A DNA stretch of 64,000 bases, taken from NCBI GenBank assembly GCA_964632045.1, contig CAZWBB010000002.1, positions 12,907-76,906 on the forward strand. Direction: 5' to 3'. Position numbers and translations under genes: made by a program. The notes under the pieces are model-generated. The model saw nothing but the letters and a program-made list of their open reading frames with translations, was not told the origin of the DNA and searched no databases. Shown one piece after another: positions 55,706 through 64,000 of this stretch. The number at the start of each line of letters is the position of its first letter. Position 1 is the stretch's first letter. The stretch is from an uncultured Methanosarcinales archaeon (GTDB lineage: Archaea > Nanobdellota > Nanobdellia > Woesearchaeales > GW2011-AR9).

Positions 55706-57661
55706 TTATGCTACTTTGAGTATAGCAAAGAGTCCTTCTTTTTGGTAAGCCACACTGAACAATCCCGAGGAGGATATTTCGTTATATCTCTGTGTGAGCA
55801 AATTGCTTGTTTCATTATCCCCATACCTCTTCCTAAGCTGTCGATGGTCCATGGATGGATTTATGACCAGATATTCATAGCCCCTATTCCTCAGAAAAGA
55901 GTGAAGTTCAACCACATTTTTGGTAAGATATTCCTTCCTGAAGTCGAGTTCCTCCTGGCACCAGTTGCAACCATACCTGCCCAGTCCAACTACAATTTTT
56001 GGTCTAGGGGTGTATAGGAAAACTTTTGCATTCAAAGGGAGGGTGTTGAAGCCTACTGCAATTTCATAGGCTTCCTGTATGCTGCCAAAAGCGCTTGATG
56101 TGGGCCAAATCGCCGTGTTAAGTTCATATTTCTGTTGTGCTGATGTTAATATGACTCCGAAGAGGATGAGAGCGACCACCACGAACTGAATTGGCTTTAA
56201 TTTCCGAAAAAATCTTTTGATGAAAAAGAAACCTTCGGTGGCGATCAAAGATACGGGTATGGCAAGTAACATCCAAGTTCTGAAAGCTCCTCTGGCCACC
56301 GATATTGGGAATGTCATTCCATTAACTCCCCAAAATGTAAATATCAGCCAAAACAAAGTAACACAGAGCCAGGTGTTCTTCTTTTCCGCTATGGAGGATT
56401 TGTATTTCCATAGCACAAAGACAAATCCGATCGTAGTCAAGATTGATATGACTACCCCTATTCCAATTGGGTTGTTTATCATGTTCTGACCATGAGCCAC
56501 AAAGAATTCTTCAATTGTATAAGCGCGGGAAGCAGTACCACCAGGATTTACCAAGGCCCTGAGGAAACCAATTAATTTGCTACCTGCAGGGGTACTTACA
56601 GAATTAACTGCAGCACTCACGGTTGCAGCAGTCTTTGCAGGAGTTGTATGATAATAATTTAGTATCGTATCGATCTTATGTTTGTAGAGTATTGTACCAA
56701 ACCAGACAAATGAAACAGCAAAACCTCCCAGCAGGGCTGCAACATGATCTTTGAGAACCTGTCGGTGGGTAACTGAAGCCACTATGATATATATGATAAG
56801 CAAGCTTGTCAGCTTGATCGGCTGGGAAATATTCTGGCTGACCCAGATACTTGCCACCATCAGCATTGCTAGCCAGGTCCATCTCCTATCCTTCTTGATC
56901 ATTTCAAAGGCATACATTGTTGGGAAAAAGAGGGTTATGACCAGAGAATGAGCCCAGATGAAATGGCTAAGATAGCAGGGAATTGCTGCCAAGACAAATG
57001 TTGCAAAGAGCGCTTTGTTAGTATTTTTCATGAACCGTCTGGCAAACAGAAAGAAAAAAAGGAATCCAAGTGAGATTATCAAAGCATTAAAGAATTTCAT
57101 GGTCCAGGTAAGATTGGGTGACGTCTGGTGTAAGATTCCTATTAGAACATCGTAGGCGGGAGGATATGGATCCATGTATGAAAGCACGGCGTCAATCTCT
57201 TTTACGTCTTTTAGAGGGGGATCATAGGCTGTTTTCTCTAAGGAAACATACTTTATCCCTTCTGAATGTCCCCAAGGGTCCTCGTTCTCGAGGTAGGGAT
57301 AACTAAAAGCCCCTTTTGTGTAGATGTAGAGAGAAAGGAGAGAGATGAGCAAGACAACAATGATGACCAGATTAGTTTTTGTAAGTCTGGGAGTTGGAAT
57401 GGTTACATCACCTTTCTTTATCGCCTTTGCTGCTTGATATATCGGAAAAGCTAAGGTGACAAAGAGTAGGATTTTCCAGTCCAATGGTATGTGCAGAAAA
57501 TTTAGTAGAATCAGCAGTATTGGCATAATTCCAAAACCGACAGCAAGGCGAACTAAGTTTCTCAGCATGAAATTCTTGGGCAATGTCACCAAATAGGCAG
57601 CAGTGAAACCTAAGCTCCACATATAGACAAAGAACAAGAATATTGTCGTTATGCTAGTCAT
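55706..57661 (-). CDS. Large polytopic membrane protein, probable GT-C
   Basis: More than 12 TM; EDPWGH and YPPAYD loop motifs; own TATA-like TTTAAATA at 57689-57696. Confidence 0.6.
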   Translation of the reverse strand: MTSITTIFLFFVYMWSLGFTAAYLVTLPKNFMLRNLVRLAVGFGIMPILLILLNFLHIPLDWKILLFVTLAFPIYQAAKAIKKGDVTIPTPRLTKTNLVIIVVLLISLLSLYIYTKGAFSYPYLENEDPWGHSEGIKYVSLEKTAYDPPLKDVKEIDAVLSYMDPYPPAYDVLIGILHQTSPNLTWTMKFFNALIISLGFLFFFLFARRFMKNTNKALFATFVLAAIPCYLSHFIWAHSLVITLFFPTMYAFEMIKKDRRWTWLAMLMVASIWVSQNISQPIKLTSLLIIYIIVASVTHRQVLKDHVAALLGGFAVSFVWFGTILYKHKIDTILNYYHTTPAKTAATVSAAVNSVSTPAGSKLIGFLRALVNPGGTASRAYTIEEFFVAHGQNMINNPIGIGVVISILTTIGFVFVLWKYKSSIAEKKNTWLCVTLFWLIFTFWGVNGMTFPISVARGAFRTWMLLAIPVSLIATEGFFFIKRFFRKLKPIQFVVVALILFGVILTSAQQKYELNTAIWPTSSAFGSIQEAYEIAVGFNTLPLNAKVFLYTPRPKIVVGLGRYGCNWCQEELDFRKEYLTKNVVELHSFLRNRGYEYLVINPSMDHRQLRKRYGDNETSNLLTQRYNEISSSGLFSVAYQKEGLFAILKVA

Positions 57662-57698
57662 AGGTAAAGAACATGAAGTTAACCTCACTATTTAAAGT

Positions 57699-59171
57699 TT
57701 ATCTAACTGCATAATAATATAGTGCCAATTCTGGATATTGCTGGGCTGAAATTAACCTGTATTGATCATTCAAAAGTTCTCTGTAATAATCCGTGGTCTT
57801 AATGTTACGTGAGGAGATCAGCCAAAAGGAGTTCTCCTGCTCTACTGTTCTGAAAAGTTTTTTCTCGTCGATCGTCCTGAATTTCCTGTTTTCCATCCAA
57901 GTCAGGTTGATGTGACTAAACTCACTCCCCAATGGTCGGTTCTCTTCATCATAAGATTTCTCTTGGTAATATGTGAAAAGTCTGAGATTGGAACCAGATC
58001 TATCAAAGAGGACAAGAGTCCCTGGCGGAGAGTTGTCCTGGATGTGGCTGACGGCTTCTTCCCAGGGAGCTTTTGTGGTTTTGTCATAGTACACATGCAA
58101 AGTCAAAGAATTAAATAAAATGATGATCAGCATGATGGCAATTGTTGATTTTCTTGAGTTGACCATAGTGATAACTTTAGCACTTACAATATAAACAAAG
58201 AGAACAATGAAAAATGAGTGTCTGATGAAAGAGAAAGAACGTAGTGTTGTTGGTAGGATACAAAGATGGCCGATTCCTGCAAAGAGTAGCAAAGTCAGAG
58301 TGCCACAAATAATTTTATTGTTGGATATTCTGATATTTTTCAGTATGAAGAAGCATAGAATTGCAATTATCAGTAGTAAGGTCAAGGGGAATATCCAGAA
58401 AAGCACTCCCAGGTTTGCTAGGAAAGCTGGAATCCCTCTGAGAAGAAATCCTTCTTGCAGCAGGGGGTGTCTCAGCAGGGCTTGGATATAGAGAATTCGT
58501 ATTCCTGGGATGAAAAGAATAATGACAATAGCAATTGAGAGCAGATACTCTTTAGCAATATGCCGATTCTTTACATAGATCCAAAAGAAATGTAATACTA
58601 TCAGAAAGACGGCCATGTATCCCACGTAGAGCGTGAGAGCTGTTACTAGTGTATATGCAGCAAAATACCATTTTCTGGGGGTTGGCTCTTTTGCATTATG
58701 GCAGAATTGGAGCAGTAGGAGAGATGATAGAAGCACTAGGAAGCCGAATAGGGCAAATGGTCGTGCTTCCTGAGCGTAGACAATCTGTAGCATTGTTGTG
58801 GCTAGGAAAAATGCACTTAGCAGTCCAATTTTGGTATTGAACAATTTCTTCCCAAGAAAGAAGATGAGGATTATGGATCCAAGATCGAAAAGAGTGGACA
58901 ACAGGCGGATAGAAAATTCTGAGTCCCCAAAGAGATCAACCCATTTCCATAAGAGCAAGAAGTAACCAGCAGGAGTGAGTTCAATTTCAATTACATCTGT
59001 GATAATCGATGAGAATGTTGCTTTTGTCACATGCGTAAGAGAGATGATTTCATCAGTCCATAATGATTCTTCCGCCAGGTCGTGGAGGCGCAGACCGGCT
59101 CCGAGAATAATTATGACTGACACCAATAAGAATATTTTTCTTTTATGCATAATTTCATCTCTCTTTGTCAT
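57699..59171 (-). CDS. GT-C (GT39/PMT-like) membrane glycosyltransferase
   Basis: ESLWTDE, SEFSIRLLS, YAQEARPFA motifs. Confidence 0.85.
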   Translation of the reverse strand: MTKRDEIMHKRKIFLLVSVIIILGAGLRLHDLAEESLWTDEIISLTHVTKATFSSIITDVIEIELTPAGYFLLLWKWVDLFGDSEFSIRLLSTLFDLGSIILIFFLGKKLFNTKIGLLSAFFLATTMLQIVYAQEARPFALFGFLVLLSSLLLLQFCHNAKEPTPRKWYFAAYTLVTALTLYVGYMAVFLIVLHFFWIYVKNRHIAKEYLLSIAIVIILFIPGIRILYIQALLRHPLLQEGFLLRGIPAFLANLGVLFWIFPLTLLLIIAILCFFILKNIRISNNKIICGTLTLLLFAGIGHLCILPTTLRSFSFIRHSFFIVLFVYIVSAKVITMVNSRKSTIAIMLIIILFNSLTLHVYYDKTTKAPWEEAVSHIQDNSPPGTLVLFDRSGSNLRLFTYYQEKSYDEENRPLGSEFSHINLTWMENRKFRTIDEKKLFRTVEQENSFWLISSRNIKTTDYYRELLNDQYRLISAQQYPELALYYYAVR

Positions 59172-59998
59172 CAGATACTGCGGAGGAAATCTTTTGTTGA
59201 AATCATTTTCTTCCCTTCCACCCTGAAAGAGCGAACATCTTCTCTGTTGGGCATACTGGCTACGGTAGCATTTTCTTCTTCCTGTTTATAAGCAATTATG
59301 TCCTGATCAGCGTAATCATCAATGAACTCGTTGAGCATCCTCCCAAAGCACTTTGCAATCATGTAATGCAGTCGATAAGCAGTGCAATTCTGGTTGTATC
59401 TGAATCTCTTCTGAAAGATAATGTCTCCAGTATCCAGGCCAGCCTCCATGAAGTGTATTGTTATACCAAACTGCTCTTCGTTATTCTGTAAATACCAGAA
59501 ATATTGGGCTGCTCCCCGATATTCGGGCAAGTAGGACCCATGGGCATTGATTAGTTTGTTGCCCAGCATTTCAAATACTTTCTTCTTCAGTATCTGTGCA
59601 ACTATGCAAAGAACATAATCTGGGCGCAGGGTATTGATCTCTTCCAGGAAAGTTGGATTACTTAAGTCATTTGTCCTGATGACCGGAATGTTATACTTTG
59701 TTGCAAGTTCGGAGATGGAAGACGCTTTTCCTTGCTTGTATCTCCGGCTTCGAAGTATTTTGTGGGTTGAGAGCAGTAGGTTATACAGTTTTGATTCAAT
59801 AATCTTGTATGCAAAGAAACCGTATGAGGATCTCTTTATCAGTTTACGGGCCACTTTCAATTGATCAAGCGTGGAGTCTCCTCTCAACTGGCTGGCTATT
59901 ACAACTGCTTTGATCTTATGGTGGTGCTTCTGGAGGATCTCACGTGTGGCTACCACTGAAGCCATAGTATTTTGCGTAAATATTATGAATTCACCCAT
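59171..59998 (-). CDS. 10-formyl-THF-dependent (sugar) N-formyltransferase
   Basis: NAHGSYLPEYRG, GITIHFM, GLDTGD. Confidence 0.88.
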   Translation of the reverse strand: MGEFIIFTQNTMASVVATREILQKHHHKIKAVVIASQLRGDSTLDQLKVARKLIKRSSYGFFAYKIIESKLYNLLLSTHKILRSRRYKQGKASSISELATKYNIPVIRTNDLSNPTFLEEINTLRPDYVLCIVAQILKKKVFEMLGNKLINAHGSYLPEYRGAAQYFWYLQNNEEQFGITIHFMEAGLDTGDIIFQKRFRYNQNCTAYRLHYMIAKCFGRMLNEFIDDYADQDIIAYKQEEENATVASMPNREDVRSFRVEGKKMISTKDFLRSI

Positions 59999-60016
59999 TA
60001 TTGACCATCCAAAAAA

Positions 60017-60778
60017 TCAGCTTTTCAGCCGCAGCTTGATAATGCCTTTCAGATACAGCATGCCAAACTTAAACAACCCATACAGGCTATCTGCTGTCTT
60101 AGACTCGCCTGCTCTTCTGTCGATGAAAGAGTAGGGGACTTCCTTGATGCGATGTCCTTTCTTGCCTGCTTTGTATAAGAACTCAATACAATATTCACCG
60201 TAACCGGAGGATGTCTGCAGACGGATCTGCTGCAGGACGTCTCTTCTGGCTGCTACAAAGCCGCTGTCATAATCCAGCACTTTAAAGTTGAGAGCAATAT
60301 TTGCTACAAGATTGATGAACCTGCTGGAGGCGACTCTAAGCAGCGGTCTCTTATCCTTTCCTCCTTTTACGTAGCGGGAGCCGACAACAACGGGATATCT
60401 TTGCAGTTCATGTAGCATACGGGGAATAAGTTCAGGGGGCATCGAGCAGTCAGCATCCATCCAGACGACGTGCTTTCCCCGCGCTTCGTCAATCCCCCTT
60501 TGGATCGCTGTTACCAGTCTTTTTTCTTCCATCCTGCGGATCACTTTCACATCGGGTTGCTTAAGATCCTCAGCGATTTTCCAGGTCAGATCAGGACTGT
60601 CATCATCGACGACTATGATCTCTCTGGAATAATCACGAAGGGCCTGCTGGTTCCTTCTGATAAGACTGGTGATGTTACTGGATTCATTAAAAGTAGGCAG
60701 TACAACGGAGACGTCAATGTTTTTTTTTCCATCTGCGTCATTTTCTGCTACGTTCTCATTTACGTCTGACATTATCAA
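60017..60778 (-). CDS. GT2 polyprenol-phosphate glycosyltransferase (DPM1/ArnC-like)
   Basis: LPTFNE, VDDDSPD, WMDADCS, GSRY, DYDSGF. Confidence 0.9.
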   Translation of the reverse strand: MIMSDVNENVAENDADGKKNIDVSVVLPTFNESSNITSLIRRNQQALRDYSREIIVVDDDSPDLTWKIAEDLKQPDVKVIRRMEEKRLVTAIQRGIDEARGKHVVWMDADCSMPPELIPRMLHELQRYPVVVGSRYVKGGKDKRPLLRVASSRFINLVANIALNFKVLDYDSGFVAARRDVLQQIRLQTSSGYGEYCIEFLYKAGKKGHRIKEVPYSFIDRRAGESKTADSLYGLFKFGMLYLKGIIKLRLKS

Positions 60779-60845
60779 CTCAGGCTAACATAGTCTTTTT
60801 ATATAATTTTTGGAAGAGAGGTAAACAGATTCCAATTCCACTAAA

Positions 60846-60853
60846 TTTTTAAA
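60846..60853 (+). promoter_or_regulatory. Archaeal TATA-like box
   Basis: TTTTTAAA 25 nt upstream of ATG 60879. Confidence 0.55.
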
Positions 60854-60878
60854 TCAACAATCTGCTGCAGTAGCCTGA

Positions 60879-61592
60879 ATGAACTTTCCAAAAATTTCCC
60901 AAAAAGGAATATTCTTTTTCATACTATTTGTTACCTTAGTTTTAGTTGGAAAAAAAATAAATTTTTCACCGGTGGTCGGAGCAGATAGCCAGTTCTTTAC
61001 CCTATTTCAGTTTTTTGGTCCGGTGGCAGGAGCTTTCCTGGGACCGGTTGTGGGGATCGTCTCAGTGCTCTTCGCGCAGCTGGCTGATTTCTTTATTGTA
61101 GGAAAAGAGTGGCAGCTGATAAATGTCATACGGCTGCTGCCCATGCTCTTCGCGGCATACTATTTTGGTAGTAAAAAGAAATATCTCGGAGCGATTATCC
61201 CGATCATCTGCATGGCTCTTTTCATCGCCCATCCTGTGGGTAGGGAAGCCTGGTTCTTCTCTTTGTATTGGTTTATCCCAATCTTTGGTAAAGTCCTGCC
61301 AGACAAAGCACCTGGGAAATTGATCTTCCGTAGTTTAGGGGCGACTTTCACTGCCCACGCCATCGGCAGTACGATCTGGCTGTATACTGTGCCAATGCCG
61401 GCGACAGCTTGGGCGGCCTTGATACCGATTGTCCTGTATGAAAGAGTGCTGTTTGCAGCAGGGATCGCTGTTTCGTATGTTGTGATGAACACAGTGTTGG
61501 ATAAAGTTGCTCAGAAAGTGTCGATTCCGCTGTCTGCGGTTCGTATTGATAAGAGATATGTTCTTTCAAGGAGAATGCTGAAAACTAGGTAA
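60879..61592 (+). CDS. Polytopic membrane protein resembling an ECF-transporter S-component
   Basis: About 6-7 TM; TLFQFFGPVAGAFLGPVVG resembles the S-component helix 1-2 pattern. Confidence 0.5.
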   Translation: MNFPKISQKGIFFFILFVTLVLVGKKINFSPVVGADSQFFTLFQFFGPVAGAFLGPVVGIVSVLFAQLADFFIVGKEWQLINVIRLLPMLFAAYYFGSKKKYLGAIIPIICMALFIAHPVGREAWFFSLYWFIPIFGKVLPDKAPGKLIFRSLGATFTAHAIGSTIWLYTVPMPATAWAALIPIVLYERVLFAAGIAVSYVVMNTVLDKVAQKVSIPLSAVRIDKRYVLSRRMLKTR

Positions 61593-61650
61593 ACTGACTT
61601 TCATCTCCACCCCCTTCAATGAGTACTGGCCAGTAGAAACTTACGAAACA

Positions 61651-61658
61651 TTTATAAA
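61651..61658 (+). promoter_or_regulatory. Archaeal TATA-like box with purine-rich BRE-like sequence upstream
   Basis: CGAAACA-TTTATAAA, 22 nt upstream of ATG 61681. Confidence 0.55.
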
Positions 61659-61680
61659 TCACAGTGTCTCTAACCATCCA

Positions 61681-62310
61681 ATGGAAAGTGAACGGATATT
61701 ATTGGAGGGAATTTGTTCCCAGGTTGATGATAAGTTGGATAATGGTGAATTAGTCGATACTACATCTTTATCTGATTATGTGAGTGGGTTAGAATTGGCT
61801 TACAGGGATTTTGCCCAGGATTATATTACTTTGGCAAATGGTTATCATGGTAAGCTGCAAGATCTGAAAGCTTCTGGCAAGAAAGAGTTGATTCGCGGCA
61901 TCAGTGATATGAGCTTAGGCAGAGTTTTTTGGAATACTCTTTTTGGTGGAGTTGCAGGAGGAGCAGTTGGGCAAGACCCTTATAATGCAACAGCAGGAGC
62001 GATAGTAGGAGCATCTCTTACAGTAGCGGATGAAGTGACAAGATCGGGGTTGAATTTAACTTATGCTTTTTGGGGTGTGATTCTTGGATCCTTGATAGGT
62101 GATGCTTATCTTGGGGCCTATGTTGGGGCAGGAATTGGTGGTGGGCTTGGCTTAGCAAAAGGAGTTGCAGACGTAATGAAAAACAAGAGGAAAGGCAACA
62201 AAATGTTGGCTCAGTCTAAAATAACTCAATTAGAGTTAGATTTTAAAACACGTAGAAATAATCTTATTGAGGGAACACTTCCAAAGTTATTGGGCGATGG
62301 TAGTGATTGA
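61681..62310 (+). CDS. Hypothetical glycine-zipper membrane protein
   Basis: GGVAGGAVG, GAIVGA, GAYVGAGIGGGLG repeats between helical segments. Confidence 0.7.
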   Translation: MESERILLEGICSQVDDKLDNGELVDTTSLSDYVSGLELAYRDFAQDYITLANGYHGKLQDLKASGKKELIRGISDMSLGRVFWNTLFGGVAGGAVGQDPYNATAGAIVGASLTVADEVTRSGLNLTYAFWGVILGSLIGDAYLGAYVGAGIGGGLGLAKGVADVMKNKRKGNKMLAQSKITQLELDFKTRRNNLIEGTLPKLLGDGSD

Positions 62311-62382
62311 AGTCTTAAAGTACAATTATTTCTTCCTGACTTTCAAGAAAACTTAACTAATGTACTCAAATCTGATGTTTTC

Positions 62383-63609
62383 TCATCTAATGGACCCCAA
62401 CCATTTTCTTGCTTCCCCAACCATAAAGATTGAACCGGTGATTAGGATAAGATCATCCTCACTGGCTTCTTTGAGAGCCCTTTTCACGGCTTTCACCACA
62501 TTCCTTTCAACAATTTTTGTTTCTGCATCCATCGCTTCACTTAACAGTTGGGGGTCCATACCCCGGTACTTCGCCTGTGTGATGATGGCAATATCAGAGA
62601 TAAGAGAAAGCATCTTTGCCATCTTTTGGTAATCCTTATTATCTGCAATACCCAAAACAAGTATCAGACGATGATAATCTGATTCTCGCAGAGAGCTGAC
62701 CAACTGCTCAACCGCAGGGGGGTTATGGGCACAATCTAACAGAACTGTGGGCTGGCTCTGAATAATCTCAAAACGGCCAGGCCACTTGACTGAGGCAAGC
62801 CCTTCTCTGATCGCCTTCTTGGATACTTTGAAGCCTTTCTTCCGCAGAACTTCCATCACATCTACTGCTACAGCGGCATTTGCTTTTTGGAATTTTCCTT
62901 GGAGAGATGTTTTTATCTTATCCTCATTCTCAAAATTATTCTCAGAAACATTAACCAAAATTGCACATCTCTTCTGGCAGGTTTCCTCAAAAAAACTCAA
63001 AACATCTGTATCTCTCTCTGCTGTCACCAGAACACAATCTTTCTTGATGATACCTGCTTTTTCTCTGGCGATAGAGATTAAATCCTGGCCCAGGACATGT
63101 GTGTGTTCCAGTCCGATGTTTGTAATCACGCAAACCTCTGGTTTGACTAAGTTAGTGGCGTCCAGTCTTCCTCCTAAGCCCACTTCCACTACTACAAAAT
63201 CTACTTTTTTCTTCTTGAAGTGGAGAAAGGCGAGAGCAGTGATGAACTCAAAATGAGTAACGATAATCCCCTCCTTTTTCAGACACTCAGCGTGTTTTCG
63301 GACTTCCTTGAAGCAAGAGTACAATTCTTTCAGAGAGATCTCTTTGCCATCAATCATCATCCTTTCAGTCAGTCGCATCAGGTGGGGGGATGTGTACATC
63401 CCTGTTTTGTAGCCAGCTTTCTGTAGAATGGAAGAGCACATCGCTGTTACTGAACCTTTACCATTAGTCCCGGCAACATGGATGGTCTTGTAGGTATACT
63501 GCGGATTTCCCAGCCTGGTGAGAAGTTGCCTTACATTTGTCAGACCTAGTTTCATGCCAAAATGTTCTAGTTTCTTCAGGTAGGCAAGTACTTGTTGGTA
63601 GTCCCCCAT
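62383..63609 (-). CDS. folC: Folylpolyglutamate synthase / dihydrofolate synthase
   Basis: HVAGTNGKGS, YTSPHL, THFE, EVGLGGRLDATN, EKAGI, WPGRFE, LDCAHN. Confidence 0.96.
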   Translation of the reverse strand: MGDYQQVLAYLKKLEHFGMKLGLTNVRQLLTRLGNPQYTYKTIHVAGTNGKGSVTAMCSSILQKAGYKTGMYTSPHLMRLTERMMIDGKEISLKELYSCFKEVRKHAECLKKEGIIVTHFEFITALAFLHFKKKKVDFVVVEVGLGGRLDATNLVKPEVCVITNIGLEHTHVLGQDLISIAREKAGIIKKDCVLVTAERDTDVLSFFEETCQKRCAILVNVSENNFENEDKIKTSLQGKFQKANAAVAVDVMEVLRKKGFKVSKKAIREGLASVKWPGRFEIIQSQPTVLLDCAHNPPAVEQLVSSLRESDYHRLILVLGIADNKDYQKMAKMLSLISDIAIITQAKYRGMDPQLLSEAMDAETKIVERNVVKAVKRALKEASEDDLILITGSIFMVGEARKWLGSIR

Positions 63610-63705
63610 ATATTCTAATATCTAAAACCAGTATTTAATTTTTATCCACCTAAATGACTTAAAGAATCATAAACCTTTTAAGTTGAATCAGAGCTTTGGA
63701 AAGAG

Positions 63706-64000
63706 ATGGCTGAGCAGAAGCATTCCATAAAAGAGGAGCTGCGCAGGAAAATAATTATGCGGCGGAAGGAGATGCATTGTGGAGAAGCTGAGGGTAAGAG
63801 CAAGGCCATAGTCGCTCACTTGGTTTCCTTTGAACCATTCCGAAAAGCTGAACATAGATTATTCTATTCTTCAAAAGGCAATGAGGTCTGTCTTAGAGAA
63901 ATAATTGCCCACTCCCTGGAAAAAAAAGGAACTGTCCTTCTGCCGACATTAAATCAGGAAAAATTGGACATCTATTCCATTAGTGACCTGAAAGAAGATT
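63706..64000 (+). CDS. 5-formyltetrahydrofolate cyclo-ligase (partial, runs off window)
   Basis: Not in ORF track; open frame MAEQKHSIKEELRRKIIMRRK...SKAI...F...YSSKGNEV...VLLP matches the N-terminus of the family; divergent from folC. Confidence 0.8.
   Translation, partial: MAEQKHSIKEELRRKIIMRRKEMHCGEAEGKSKAIVAHLVSFEPFRKAEHRLFYSSKGNEVCLREIIAHSLEKKGTVLLPTLNQEKLDIYSISDLKED

Noticed and set aside
23658-57688. Long N-terminal extensions in ORF-track calls (23768, 37380, 45228, 52163, 55462, 57688)
   Set aside because: They overlap neighbouring genes or promoters; downstream ATGs fit TATA spacing, stop-start coupling and family N-termini.
5886-61592. Genome-wide TAG or TGA recoding
   Set aside because: Many intact genes end at TAG (e.g. 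7109, 47310, 48077, 61592) or TGA exactly where the family C-terminus and the next gene's start are expected.
61624-61635. 12-bp palindrome TACTGGCCAGTA upstream of a TATA box
   Set aside because: Palindromes of this length are expected many times by chance in 64 kb, and no second copy was noticed.
86-63426. The many short ORF-track entries overlapping larger genes on the opposite strand or in another frame
   Set aside because: They shadow well-supported genes and show no family motifs, promoters or RBS.
1-64000. CRISPR arrays, rRNA, tRNA, intact transposase or integrase
   Set aside because: No regularly spaced repeats, RNA-gene signatures or DDE/tyrosine-recombinase motifs were seen; intergenic gaps are short.

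Overview
This 64-kb window is almost entirely one archaeal surface-glycosylation locus. Evidence for an archaeal origin: an AglB/STT3 oligosaccharyltransferase, TATA-like boxes 22-30 nt upstream of many starts, and GAGGTG-type ribosome-binding sites. A DPANN/Woesearchaeota-like source is an inference only. The locus encodes 4 GT2 polyprenol-phosphate glycosyltransferases, 4 GT4s, 3-4 GT-C membrane transferases and a flippase. It also holds a fusion-rich legionaminic-acid-type nonulosonate operon with deacetylase, formyl, amidino and carbamoyl tailoring enzymes, a GDP-mannose-derived deoxy/amino-sugar module (Gmd, Per, ColD-type), 2 B12-radical-SAM enzymes and 2 methyltransferases. It is flanked by a phytase-like lipoprotein and folate genes. 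Most unusual elements: (i) a pyruvate kinase-ATP sulfurylase fusion followed in the same frame, across a single TGA, by an APS kinase-sulfotransferase fusion that has no canonical start codon; (ii) a VTC (polyP polymerase-like)-DUF4956-CotH kinase/beta-helix triad heading the nonulosonate block; (iii) two nucleotidyltransferase-fold/thymidylate-kinase-like fusions; (iv) a 191-bp MITE-like element (14-bp TIRs, 8-bp TSD) next to an amber-interrupted gene. No rRNA, tRNA, CRISPR array or intact transposase was recognised. Family calls are from motif recognition by eye; no database searches were run.
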